Shown: piece by piece, positions 1 through 11,639 of the stretch
How positions within the stretch are numbered: the first letter of the stretch is position 1
Layout: each line of letters opens with the position of its first letter
Source of the DNA: Takakia lepidozioides
Taxonomy: Eukaryota > Plantae > Bryophyta
Length of the DNA stretch: 64,000 nt
Direction of reading: 5' to 3'
NCBI GenBank assembly: GCA_030704615.1
Contig: CM060734.1
Location: 29,946,001 to 30,010,000, forward strand
Translations under genes and position numbers: made by a program
The notes under the pieces: generated by a model
What the model saw: the letters and a program-made list of their open reading frames with translations, nothing else
What the model was told of the DNA's origin: nothing
Database searches by the model: none

Positions 1-768
1 GCTACACCACAGGCAGTGCAGCTGCTGAATGAGTTGCGATTGGAAGGGCTGCTACGCAAAGAATGGTCCTTGCATCATCGAGGGTTCATGATTCAATTCA
101 TTCAGAACTTTGAGCCTCGGACAGGAGTTACACAGGTGAGGGGAGTAGATATAGAGATTACTCCCCAGTACTTGCAGCAACTGTTTGAATTGCCATCGGG
201 CCAGGTGAATGTGGATGAGCACAGGGCAAGATTGCAAATATGGGACTTGTTCCAAGAAACGAGTTTCTTTAAGATTTAGGGATACACCTACACCAAGGCC
301 GAGTACCCAGGGTTAAGAGAAGTTGGTCAAATACTGAACGTTCTGTTTGCCATGAAACAAAATCAACAGTACCTTAGTAGATCTTTCACGGAGGAGGTAC
401 TGAAAGCCTTGAGGGGAGAGGATGTGGCTTGGGCGGAGTTGATGCACAATGGTATGGTGGAGGAGATGAAGCAGTTACAAAATACTACTGCTAAGTCCCC
501 AATCATTGTCTCTGGCCCAATAATTGCACAAATTATCCTTGACTCTTGTTTGCTTGATGCGCGAGAACGCAAGGAGATGGGAGTGTTTGAGACAGTCACA
601 ACTGCAATTGAGGAGCATGGCTCTTCACAAGGTGAAGGGGGATTGGAGGGGCAGCACCAGTCCAAGAGACAGAAGTGGGATGTGATGGTAGTGGCAGATC
701 CACTAGCTACAAGGAAACCACCAGATGATGTTTCTATAGCTCTTGTGCAGGATGGGGAACAACAGCAG
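1..768 (+). pseudogene. Inverted internal piece of the gypsy post-integrase long ORF (plant-transposon 'Transposase_32'-like region)
   Basis: ORFs 16-279 and 352-819 are near-identical in protein to 48380-49262 (QLLxELRLEG...FEPRTG...LFELPSG...MKQNQQYL) and to the start of 44470-47838 (AKSPIIVSGPIIAQIILDSC). In-frame stop at 277-279. Confidence 0.8.
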
Positions 769-2995
769 AAGGCCTTGTTTGGAATAGCTGTAGGAAAGCT
801 TGCAGGGCGTAAAGCATGAAAGTATGGTTGGCACAGAAAGGAACGGGTAAGTGAGTGTAAGCCTGTGGGGCTTGCAAATAGTGAGTGAGAGAGAATGTCC
901 TTACAACCCGTCCATCCTTGCGCCACTGCATAAGAAGTAAAGCTAGCGTATAGTCTGTGATACCCGCCATAGCTACAAAGCTATAGCTTTGATTGCCCCT
1001 TCCGTCGAGATGTTGGTTATTCGGAGCAACCCCGACTCTTCCACTCATAACTTTTCTAATTTCTTGTTCTTGTTTCTTGGAGGGAACCACCTGCATGAAA
1101 TTCACGTTCCTGATTGGCTGTTGCCTCCTCGGATAACTTCTCAATTTTACCCCCATCTGCTTACATTCCCACTTGGAATGCCCACTAGGATAGCACATGT
1201 GGCAAAGGTCCCCCTTTGCTGTACGCGTAAAAGGTTTCGTTACCTGCTCCTTGGATGCATTAATGGGCCCCCAATTAATTTCGGCTGCTGTACCGGGTAG
1301 GTACTTCGACGGCCCAATTTGTCTTTTTGCATGATGACACCCGTTATTGCAGTACATGCAATGCGGAGTGCTTTGCCCCTTAGGCCACGTGTTTGAATTC
1401 AAACACTCTCCCGTCTCCCTCTGTCCGCGTGGCTTTTTCTCCGAGTTTGACTCCCAAGCTGACCTTACTCTTACCGGCCACTTTTCTGACGTTAACCCAC
1501 GTCCACCTGTCACTGACCCTATGGATTGTGCAACCCGCGTGGGCTGTGTTGGGCTGTGATAGGCTGTGTCAAACTGTGGTGAGCTGTGATAGGCTGTGTT
1601 ACGCTGTGATGGCCTGTGATGGCTGTGCGAACACCCGTGTTCTCCGCTCAGGCCATACACATTCGGCTTTACGACAAGTGCTTCATGCTCCGTTGGTATT
1701 ACCGGTGTAATCTGTGACTGCTTCTGTGTTTCAAAATGCAAATCATGCCGCAATGGTTTATCATGGATACCACTGTATCCTTTCAACTTATTGGCATTGA
1801 CTCTTCCAAACATCTCTTTGTTAATGGTTTGTAACATGGTTGTGTTGTTATCATACATCTTTTATATGACATAAGGTCATTTCCATGGTGACTTAAGCTT
1901 AGAAGCTTTAATCTTTTCCTTCTTTTGCAACCAGAGTACCAAATCTCCTGTCTTAAAAGTCTTCAATTTTCCTTCATCAAACTGATCCTTCCTCTTCATC
2001 TGAATTCTGGTCATGTTATCTGCTGCATCAGCACGTACTTCTTCCACATGATATAATTCATATTTCCTGACTTTAATTGAATCCTCCAATTCCATTCTTC
2101 TTCCCCATTCAGTTCTCATGGTAGGTAATAAGAATTCCACTGGAAGTAAAGCTTCCATACCATAAACTAATTGGAATGGTGTATACTTGGTGGTGACTTT
2201 ATATGAAGTCCTGTATGACCACAAAACTGTCAATAACTTTGTATCCCAATCCGTTCTGTTTGCATTGACTATATTTAGCCAAAATAGTGCATAGTATTTT
2301 GTTGGTGGCCTCTGCCTGCCCATTGCCCTGTGGGTAATAGGTTGTACTCTTCCTGTGCACAATCATGAACTCTTTAGTCAATAGTTCTATGGTCTCATTA
2401 ATGAAGTGACTTCCCTGGTCACTGATAAATTCCAAATGACAGCCAAATCTCGTGAGTATGTTCTCATACATGAACCTTGCTGTGGACTTAGCTGTGTTGT
2501 CTCTCAGAGCCTTAGCTTCCACCCACTTTGTAGTATAATCAGTGGCTGTGATTATATACTTTTTCTGTGTATTCTTGGCTGGTGGATTAATTGGTCCAAC
2601 AAAGTCTAGTCCCCATTTCTGAAATGGTTCAGTAGGCATCGTAGGATGCAAAGCCATCTTCTTTGCAAAGGTCCCAGCCTCTGACACTCATCACAACTCT
2701 TGTAATACTTGTGTACATCCTTGAACAAGGTAGGCCACCAGTAACCTGCAAGTAGTATTTTTCTACTGGTTGTCTCCTCTCCAAAATGTCCTCCAGCCAC
2801 TCCTTTATGAACTTCTTCCAAAATTTTATTTACTTCATGGTGGTACAAGCATCATTTAAGAACTCCACCAGGTCCTAGCTTATACAATCTGTCACCTATC
2901 ATAGTGTAGGGTAAAGCCTTGATAGCTATTCTCTTCCTCTGTTCCTTCCCATAACTGGGTGGGCACTGCCCATGAGTAAGGTAGTATCTGATTGG
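769..2995 (-). mobile_element. Ty3/gypsy (Athila/Tat-like, non-chromovirus) integrase, frameshifted, plus in-frame C-terminal extension with zinc knuckle
   Basis: HHCC (HKGVAGGHF...CDECQR), DDE core (WGLDFVGP, ISDQGSHF, GQAEATNK), KLKSPWK*PY (GPY/F motif), RVNANKLKGY, then CHMCYPSGHSKWEC. Confidence 0.9.
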
Positions 2996-3039
2996 CCATT
3001 GCCAATCTAACCAATCATCTGCACTTCCCTATACCTCCA

Positions 3040-3330
3040 CTGCAGAGTCTTGGCGACCACTGCCTCCACCAAGCGGTTGATGGAGTCTTCAGAAAGCTCC
3101 GTGGTCGCCGTTGTCATGTTCAACTGTCAGGGTTTCGGGCACTTTTTGGCCATGTGCCTAGTCTCCCCGCAATTAAAGTATACCCCATCAAAGGTTGCTT
3201 TCTGCCAGCCGTATGCCGTTGCACCTATTTTCCCTTTCAGAGCACCAGGTGCCGCCCTGGCGTGCGAAGGCCCTCCCTTCGATCTCCAATTGCCATTGCC
3301 ACCGTGTGGCTTATCCTAACAGGTCCAGGA
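3040..3330 (-). pseudogene. Degenerate gag fragment with zinc knuckle, joined directly to the pre-integrase region
   Basis: The minus strand reads GVYFNCGETRHMAKKCPKP (decayed CCHC knuckle). No protease, RT or RNaseH lies between it and the integrase. Confidence 0.55.
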
Positions 3331-3429
3331 GTCATACGAGATGAAACGAAATTCATTCGATTGGACAACGGATGGTTGACCTCATTTAAAAAAAAAAACA
3401 AAAAAGGAGCGATCGCTATTGGGCAGTCG

Positions 3430-3850
3430 CATCATCACAGCCTGTCACAGCCAGTCATAGTCTGTCACATCCCATCACAACCCCAAAGGCCACAGGGCAC
3501 AGTATCACAGCCCTACACAGGTCACAGGGTCACAGCCCCATAGGCCACAGCCTGTCACAGTCCGTCACAGCCCCAAAGGCCACATGGCACAGCCTGTCAC
3601 AGTCCATCACAGCCCCACAGGCCTCAGGTCACAGCCTGTCATAGCCCGTCACAGCCCCAAAGGCCACAGGGCACAGCCAGTCACAGCCCCACAGGCCACA
3701 GGTCACAGCCTGTCACAACCCCAAAGGCCACAGGGCACAGCCTGTCACAGTCCATCACAGGCCACAGGTCACAGCCTGTCACAGCCCTACATAGGTCACA
3801 GGATCACAGCCCCACAGGCCACAGACTGTCACAGCCCGTCACAGCCCCAT
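3430..3850. repeat. Degenerate tandem repeat of CACAGCC/GTCACAG units
   Basis: Dozens of cacagcc/gtcacag units. The same motif family occurs at 1540-1630, 38520-38780 and 44118-44390. Confidence 0.85.
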
Positions 3851-5800
3851 CCATGGCCGTTCATGGCAGTTTAGCCATTTTCCAAAGGGTTTAGCCACGC
3901 CAAGCTAGGGTTTGTGTCTCTTGGACTCTAGGCTTCTTTGCACTGAGCTATGGCGGCTGTGAGGAAATCAGCAAGGTATTCTTGCTCTTTATGGCTCCCA
4001 CACACCACCAATAGTAGCTCTAATTCATGAGGAAGATGGTTGCCACAAACCAAGCCTTCTTTCTCACTTGGACTCCCCAAACACGCCACTAAACTCAATG
4101 GCAAACAACCAAGCCTTGCTGGTTTCCAGCCTTTGTGAGCACTCATTCAAGCGCTCTCCTTGGCCATAACATGTGTCTTAGAGCCTATTCTAGCTCCTAC
4201 ACCTGCCACTTTAAGAGCCATGCTCTATCTAGGCTTGAGGTTGAAACCCCAACTCACATATGCCCTACAAGTGCTTTTCTTTCACCTAAGTGAGAACCAG
4301 CCCTAGCCTTCTAAAGCTTGAAAACAAAAGCCCAATGGACTGAAGGCATGCTCCACACATGCCCTACAGGGAAACCAGTCCCTTCCTTCCATTCTTGCAC
4401 CCCCAAACCTGAAAGTACAAGCCTTCAACAGGCTAAAAGCATGCTCCACACATGCATTGCCCTCACATAAGAGAAATCAGCCCTTCCCTCTTCCTTGCTT
4501 GCCCTCCAAGCTTGAAGATGGAAGCTTCAATGGGCTGCATGCATGCTCCACACATGCAACCCCTTCACACAAGAGGTATCAGCCCCCTATCTTGGCTCTT
4601 TGATGCTCTCTAAGACAAGACTAAGCACTCCACAGCCTTTGCCAAGCTCCTGAAACCCTAAGGCTTATATTTCCAGCCACAAGACACTCCTCTTGTGGTG
4701 CAAGAGCTCTTCTTCCAAGCTCTGAAACCCTAGGTGCACATTCCATGGACTTGCCGCACATCTTAGCTCCTGTTCCAGCCCTGCTCTTGCCATGTCAAGA
4801 GCCTTCATACCGCTGGAGTTTCAGATTGAAACCCCCAACTCAACATAGCCACAAATGCATTGGCTTGCATACAAGAGAAATCAGCCATCTTTCTTCACTC
4901 ATACCTCCTTATGAGCTTGAAGTTGGAGCTCCCGATAACTGTGACTTGCATCTAACACCCTCGCAGCTCCATACTCACCACACTTGGCTGCCATAGCGTT
5001 GAGCTATGCAACACTGCTCTTCAACACAGGCTGCCCGCCTCTATATCCATTGCAAACCTGAAACCTGTTCGCCATCGCACCCTTTCCGCTTTGGATAGGC
5101 TCATGCACTGATCCCTACACTCTAAGCTGAGTTGCTTCTCATCTGAAAACACACAAGTGCTAACAACTAACTCGTATCTAGCACTCACAGATACGAGCTC
5201 ATCTTTCTCGAGTGATAAAGGAGAAGAATACAAGCACAAGCTCATGCGAGCTCATAAAGCTGAAGCATAAACTCATGCATATATAACCTCATCACTCAAA
5301 TACAAGTTAAGCCAAGTGCACCCCACGCCATGGGGAATCCACACTACGGCGCCATAGCTAGGCGCGGTGAGGCTCAACTCGAGAAAGATGAGCCTCCCGT
5401 GCTTGCCGTGAAGATAACCACTCCAGGGCCTAAATCTGCCTTGACCCCTGGATTGACGCTTGGGCCAATCCCAAATATCAATATGTAAAAGCTAGCTATT
5501 TCCTAGCTAGTTTCACACTAGTGGTAAAATAACTTACAGGGGCTTTCCCCTTGTGAGTGTTGAGGAGGGCTCATCTTCTTGTAGTTGAGCCTCCATGAGT
5601 TTCTCTCACCTCTATAGCTCTAGGTATTGAGAGGGAGGTGGTGGACAACGATGTATGTTGTGGCACGATGCTTAGGTGCACGAGACTTTCTATACAGAGG
5701 TGCACCCTAGATTAGTGCTATAGATGCGCCTTTGTCAGAAGACTAGCATCTGTAGCAAAGTAAGAGATTTTTTAATTAGTTGATGGTTTAGGTTCCAAAT
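3850..5800 (-). mobile_element. Probable non-coding leader/LTR-like region of an LTR retroelement
   Basis: Non-coding, with internal repeats. The reverse complement of 3880-3935 matches 25900-25950 (ccaa-ga-cacaaaccctagcttgg--ggctaaac). Confidence 0.35.
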
Positions 5801-5879
5801 TTTTATTTTCTAAAGAGGCCCTGCTTGCAGAGCCCACCAAAAGGAGCTGGAAGAAACCAAACAAATAAATTGTATATCC

Positions 5880-7160
5880 CTTATGTGCTGAACTCATGGC
5901 TATACATGATGCCTTGAAAGCACCACCATGCCACCCTGATTCGACCAACTATTAACTCTTTATGGATAGCTTAGTCTCTTTGTATCTCCTCTCTAACCAA
6001 AACCTTAAACCCTCATCCCAAATTCATCACCCTGACCTCCACCTCATCAAGGCCATCATAGATATTGTACACTCATCCCCCATACAAATTCATCTCCACA
6101 AAGTTAGATCCCACATAGGTATCACGGGTAATGAGATAGCAGACCAACTTGCCCAACTTGGAACCATCCAACCTACTAAGCCCTACGACTGACCCTATTC
6201 ACTTGGCACACACATATCCGTTCTGGCTGACATCCACTAAAGCTAGATTCCCAGACATAGCCCCCATTCGGGACCTGCATGCACATATGGCAGAAGAAAA
6301 TATGGATCAAATCCGTGCATCGCCCACCTATCTAAAACCCTACATATCCAAATGGGTTACGTCACCTCACCTACTCCACGATATGTCTAATCACTTTTGG
6401 AAATCTCCAGTAATCACTGATGCCCAAATTAAACAAATGCTCCGATTTCGATACGGACAATACATGGGCAATCAACGACGTAATTTATTTTGGCCTCTAT
6501 TATATCCTAACAAGCACTGCACGTTATGCTATTCCCAACCCCCTCGGGTGGACACATGGCCGCATCTTCTTCTCCACTGTAAACATCCCATTATCCATGG
6601 ACTTCACATTACTCCGCATAGTCAAGGAATTTGGCAACTCCATAAACTTCTTCTCACACATTCTAAAACTAGATGGTACAACCTCATTAATGTAGGCACA
6701 TTTCAAGGTAGGCCACATGACCACACAATACCTTCATGGTTGCTACCGTGTACATGCGTCAACCACCCATGCCTCTGTCTGACAAGATTATGTCCAGGTA
6801 TTCTTCTTGTCCAAGGACTCCCCATCTCGTCGGCAGCACCAACAGGCCCACAACCCTCCCTCACTATTCACATCATTGAATTTGCCTTCTGTCATGACAG
6901 AGATCCCGATCAATCCATTTATGTTCAAACGTAAAAAATACAAACCCCTAGTTCTAGCCCTCCATCAATACGGATGGAACACTGCACCTCTGACAATCAT
7001 CACCACTGGTGTCAGAGGGGGAGCTCACTATCACAACAGTCTAATCCTAAAAGAAAACCTTAAACTACCTCAAAAATATACCCCCCCTATTACGAACATT
7101 GCATCTCACGGCCATCACTTCACTAACAACCATTATCCTCAACAAAAGAAAGATTGAAAG
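5880..7160 (+). mobile_element. 5'-truncated non-LTR retrotransposon: RNase H + CCHC finger + restriction-like endonuclease (Dualen/RandI-like)
   Basis: RNaseH HLHKVRSHIGITGNEIADQLA; CTLC...HLLLHC zinc finger; PGILL...IHIIEFAFC...KRKKY...GW...IITTGVRGG RLE motifs; frameshifted. Confidence 0.8.
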
Positions 7161-8106
7161 TGGCCAGCTTGCCGCTTAGTAACTGGTTCTTGTTACTATA
7201 GAGCCCACCCCCGAAAGGGGCAGTACCCACACGGGGAAGAGGCTCTTATTTACGCTAGCTTCGGCTGGCGTCATATATATATATATCCCTTACCCTCCTT
7301 ATATAGTCTCTCTAGGTGTGGTGGAGCCTTCAAAAAGGGGCCCACCGCCTCATCCTACTTCGGAAAGCTCTAGAAGCAGCAGGAGGGCCCACCGCTTCAA
7401 CCCATCCTCTATAAGGGTATAGACACACGAAAGGCAATCGAGATAATGGGAGACGACCATTGGTAGAGGGGAAACCGGCCACTAACACATGGGAGGAAGC
7501 ACGTTCTAAAGGAAGTTGATGTGTTTAATGACGTGGAAGGTTTTGGAAGCTGCAAGACTTCCAGGCACTTCCGGTTGGAAGTGTTGCGCACCTCTGAAAG
7601 GTTTTGTCGTGACGTGAAATGCAGGCCCCACCGTCTTCCGTCTTCCCGAACTTCTTTCACGCAGCTCTTCACTACAGAGATCTACATGGTCGATGGTTCC
7701 ACAAAATCAGGAAAATCCATGATTGATCACCAACGGAACGTCTATCTACTTCCACTCGTGTGTTTGCTGCAACATCCACCGTTGCCTATGTGTCACGTGT
7801 CTGCACCTGTCGACCCATTTCCCTCCTCTCCAAGTCTCTCAACGGCCCCACTGATTGGCTCTTCCCACAGTGTCGGGTTGCCTGACCTTCCCAAACTGGC
7901 CAAGTGAGTTGGGGGTACATAGTCTGTAGAATTGGGGATCACTTTACAACCAATTACAACAAGCCAAGGCTTGCATGAATTCCATGCATTTGTTTTTACT
8001 AAATAACCAGTTTATCAAATTTCTCCAAATTTATTGCCTGCGTAATATGATAGGTGTTATGGGTGGTCCACACGGATAAGATGAACGGATGAGATTGGTC
8101 ATGTCA

Positions 8107-8146
8107 TCAAACCCTAACCCTTGAGTGGAGAGATGGGTTAGGGTTG
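8107..8146. promoter_or_regulatory. Inverted pair of telo-boxes upstream of RPL14
   Basis: AAACCCTAACCC at 8109 and GGGTTAGGGTT at about 8135. Telo-boxes are typical of plant ribosomal protein promoters. Confidence 0.65.
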
Positions 8147-8224
8147 AGAGCGCAAGACCTCTTCCCTTTTGTACAGCTCGTCGTCGTCGTATCAGTTTTG
8201 TGCTCTCTCATTTTGCAGAGCACC

Positions 8225-8626
8225 ATGCCGTTCAGGCGCTATGTGGAGATCGGCAGGGTGGCCCTGGTAAATTACGGGCCACAGTATGGCAAGCTGGTCG
8301 TGATAGTTGATGTAATAGATCAGAACAGGGCGCTGGTGGATGCGCCGGAGATTGTAAGAACCTCCATTAATTTCAAGCGTCTGTCTCTGACTGACATCAC
8401 CATCGAGATCCAGAGGAATCCGAAGAAGAGGGAGTTGAAGAAGGCTATCGACGACGGCGAAGTGTACAAGAAGTGGGAGACTAGTGCTTGGGGCCGCAAG
8501 CTGGCGGTGCGCACCCGCAGGGCCGCGTTGAATGATTTTGACCGCTTCAAGGTTATGGTGGCGCGCGTGAAGAAGAGTGCCATTATTCGACGGGAACTCG
8601 GCAAGCTCAGGAGAGGGAAGGCTTAA
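8225..8626 (+). CDS. RPL14: 60S ribosomal protein L14 (eL14), intronless CDS, 133 aa
   Basis: [41 protein letters not shown]...NFKRLSLTD...[10 protein letters not shown]; ATG in caccATG context; intact stop. Confidence 0.97.
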   Translation: MPFRRYVEIGRVALVNYGPQYGKLVVIVDVIDQNRALVDAPEIVRTSINFKRLSLTDITIEIQRNPKKRELKKAIDDGEVYKKWETSAWGRKLAVRTRRAALNDFDRFKVMVARVKKSAIIRRELGKLRRGKA

Positions 8627-10458
8627 GCAGGCTGAAAGTTTTCAGGTCATTCTCGATCACTGTTCACCCACTCTTCCTTTACCTAATTAATTTTCAGACA
8701 GCTTTGGCATACCTCTGGTCAGTCCTTTCTTTCTCTGTCCATTGTGCTTAAACTTGCTTTCCTGCGCTAATCAGCAGAATGCCAATTCACTCAGGTATTT
8801 CTGGTGAATCAACGCTTTCTCTCTAGCAAATTTCAGAAGTGACCTCGGGTTTGTATTGGAAATTTTCCTCAAAGCACATTTTCAGAATGTATGCGTCGCA
8901 TCTGGTCACGTCATCATAGTAATGGATTTGGTGTTTCTTACGTGGGAAGGATACAATGGTATCTTTTCCAGCAGCTTCAGAGGGTTGACGTTCGTTATCA
9001 GCCTTGTTGGCAGTATCAGGCCATTTCATAGTGGTTGAATACGGCTTAAGACAGATCAATTGCAATAGGTTCTTTAAGGGCTGTTTTGAAAGCAAGTGAT
9101 GTAAAGCCCACCACCTGCGAAAGATGTCTGCCTCCCATGCAGCTGTTTGCTTTCTTGAAATGGGATGCAGCACTAGAACACTTTGGTTAAATCTAGGAAG
9201 ATTCACAGCTTTCGTTTGGAGGGTTAAGTATCATTGTCTTATAAGCATTCGCTATTTTCAGTTTAGTGCTCTCGTGAAATGCAAGGGAAGGTGGAGAGAT
9301 GTGTACACCAGACCCATGCACCATACTTGCTACCATCCCAAATTCCGTTGAACCCAGGAGCTGCTAGCACTTGCGCTCCATACAAACCATCTGGAATAGG
9401 TCAACTTAGCTCAGAGATTTAAGATGCAAGACCAAGTAGAAGCTCTTGGTTCATCTGGATTTGATTGTCAGAAGGCAATCCCATGGAGAACACTTTCAAA
9501 CCCAGTCTCCATTTTTTTTCAAGCCAAGTATGTCAATACTTCTTATTTCGCGTCACTTCCTTTCTTTCCTACTCCTATGAGCAGTAAGTGTGTAATTTTA
9601 GTATGAATGTTTGACATTGCATCTGAAAGTGAGTGTATTTCATCTTTGTGGTACCTGCAATTTGTCACCATCTGACCCTATACTCCTGGTGCTCTGTGAT
9701 GTGCATTCAGAGGTCCAGGAAACATGCTTTGAGACAAGGCAACATTTTCAACCCCCTGAGAGGTTTTACAGCTCAGTCGGCTTGGCATGGTCATGCTGCG
9801 TTGACCAGATGAAATTATTTGGCAACTTAAGCCTCACTGGGGCCTATTCCTTCGTCTGTCTGCTTTTCCTGCCCAATTTTTTGATGAGTGGTAGGTACGT
9901 GTAGTTTTTAAATGGAATAGGAAGTTTGCGGTATGATGTGCCTGTACCTATTCGGGGGTAATGTCATTCACACAACCTCCTACACACAGATAGTAATCAC
10001 CTTCAAAGTTAGACTAAATGGCATGCATGAAGCACCAATAGGGTCCCTCACTGCCATTCATCCTACGTGGTAGGTGATGGTGCCTATGGTGTGTCAACCA
10101 ATCAACTATGCACATTTGCTTCCACTGCTGCTCATGTGGTAGCGCTCGAAGTGTTAGCTGGTGACAATTGCAAATCACAAACCAAAAATTAATCCTCCTC
10201 ATATACACATACTCTCATAAGGTAATCTAAAAAGCTCAAGTCTCCCGTTTATTTTATCTTTGGAGCATCAAATATGCAATATTGTCTTTGGTGGGTCTAT
10301 TGATATTGTGGAAAGTTCTAGTCCGAGGAATTTCCACTGTTTAAGAATAGAGAGAAAAGAAGACTCTTGCAGAAGGAAGCGTAACTTTTAAGGTGTACAC
10401 ACTTCACTTCACTCCCAAAGCCTACTAGGTACCTTCCATTTGGAAGGTTGGTTGTAAC

Positions 10459-11428
10459 CAGTGTTGGGCGGGTATATGAATTACCCTGATATACCCGCCG
10501 GGTATATCAGGGTATATTGATATATGTATACCCTGGTGTGGCAAGTTTAGGTACCCGGATGTATACCCTTATATCAGGGTATATTTTTATGATATACCCT
10601 TATCCTTATATTTACCTTGCATCAAGACCCTCAATATACCCTACTTTCCTGAAGGGTATATGTTAAAATGAAGGGTATATCTAATCAGGGTATATAAGGG
10701 CCTTTATGTGCCTTCATAGCCTTTATGTGCTAGGTCTTTTCTCTTTTTGTTGTGTTGTAAGGGAGCCTTGAGCTATAATAAAAGCTCCAATCACAGCTAA
10801 AACAAATGTTACATATATATCATTCCTTAAATGTCATATAACCCAGCCAATACCTCTTCAGATCTCGCATATATAAAGAAACCTGACAGCCCACAATTTA
10901 GGTCCTTGAGGGGTCTTTATTTATTTAAAGAAATCTGGGAGCGACAGCCCACAATTCAGGTCCTTGAGGAGGGGGGAAAGATTAACCCCCTTTCATTTAT
11001 GGGCATGAGACCTACGGTACGCCCAGACATATACCCTCACACAACAATCCCACACATGGGGCAGGGCAGCGAGTTCGAACCCCGAACCACCTAAGTGACA
11101 CACGCTGTGCACTTACCAGCTGAGCTACCAGGCGATGTGTTTTTTTTTTTTTTTTTTTTTTTTTTGGTTTTTTTTAATAATCTCAAACCTCCTCCATCTT
11201 GCATTGGAAATTAACACCAAACTATTCATACCCTCAGGGTATATTTTGGCATGTATATCCATACCCGGGGGTTATATAGAAATCTGAAAAGTTAATTTAC
11301 CCATAACCGGAGGGTAAATAATTTTTTGAGATTTCAATTTATCCATACCCGGAGGGTAAATGATTTGACAAAAATAATTTACTTATACCCTAAGGGTATA
11401 TTGAAATCAATATACCTGCACAACACTG
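10459..11428. mobile_element. Non-autonomous hAT-type element (MITE)
   Basis: TIRs CAGTGTTGGGCGGGTATAT / ATATACCTGCACAACACTG; 8-bp TSD GTTGTAAC / GTTGTAAG; many subterminal GGGTATA/ATACCC repeats. Confidence 0.85.
10975..11138 (-). mobile_element. tRNA-derived SINE nested in the hAT MITE
   Basis: Minus strand has box A TGGTAGCTCAGCTGGT and box B GGTTCGAACTC at tRNA-like spacing, followed by an unrelated tail; adjacent to an A/T run. Confidence 0.7.
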
Positions 11429-11639
11429 GTTGTAAGGGGGCAACCCTCCCAAAAGACTTGAAAGTCCCTTGACAGAGGGCGGCAAGGCTGGCAGCCAGCG
11501 AGAATTCCACGGTCAAGAACTTTCCGTAGCATAAAATAATGGACTAAAAATGTAATTGGCTACACCATCCGCCTTCCTAAGGTATAACCATGGTTCTACT
11601 TTCTCACCAGGTGGTTCCATGCTATGACCAATAACCACT

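Noticed and set aside
5335-5356. Primer-binding site TGGCGCCGT on the minus strand
   Set aside because: Only a short match to tRNA-type PBSs and not preceded by an LTR-ending CA; unsupported.
11060-11135. Functional tRNA gene
   Set aside because: Box A and box B are present but there is no convincing acceptor or anticodon stem; a SINE head fits better.
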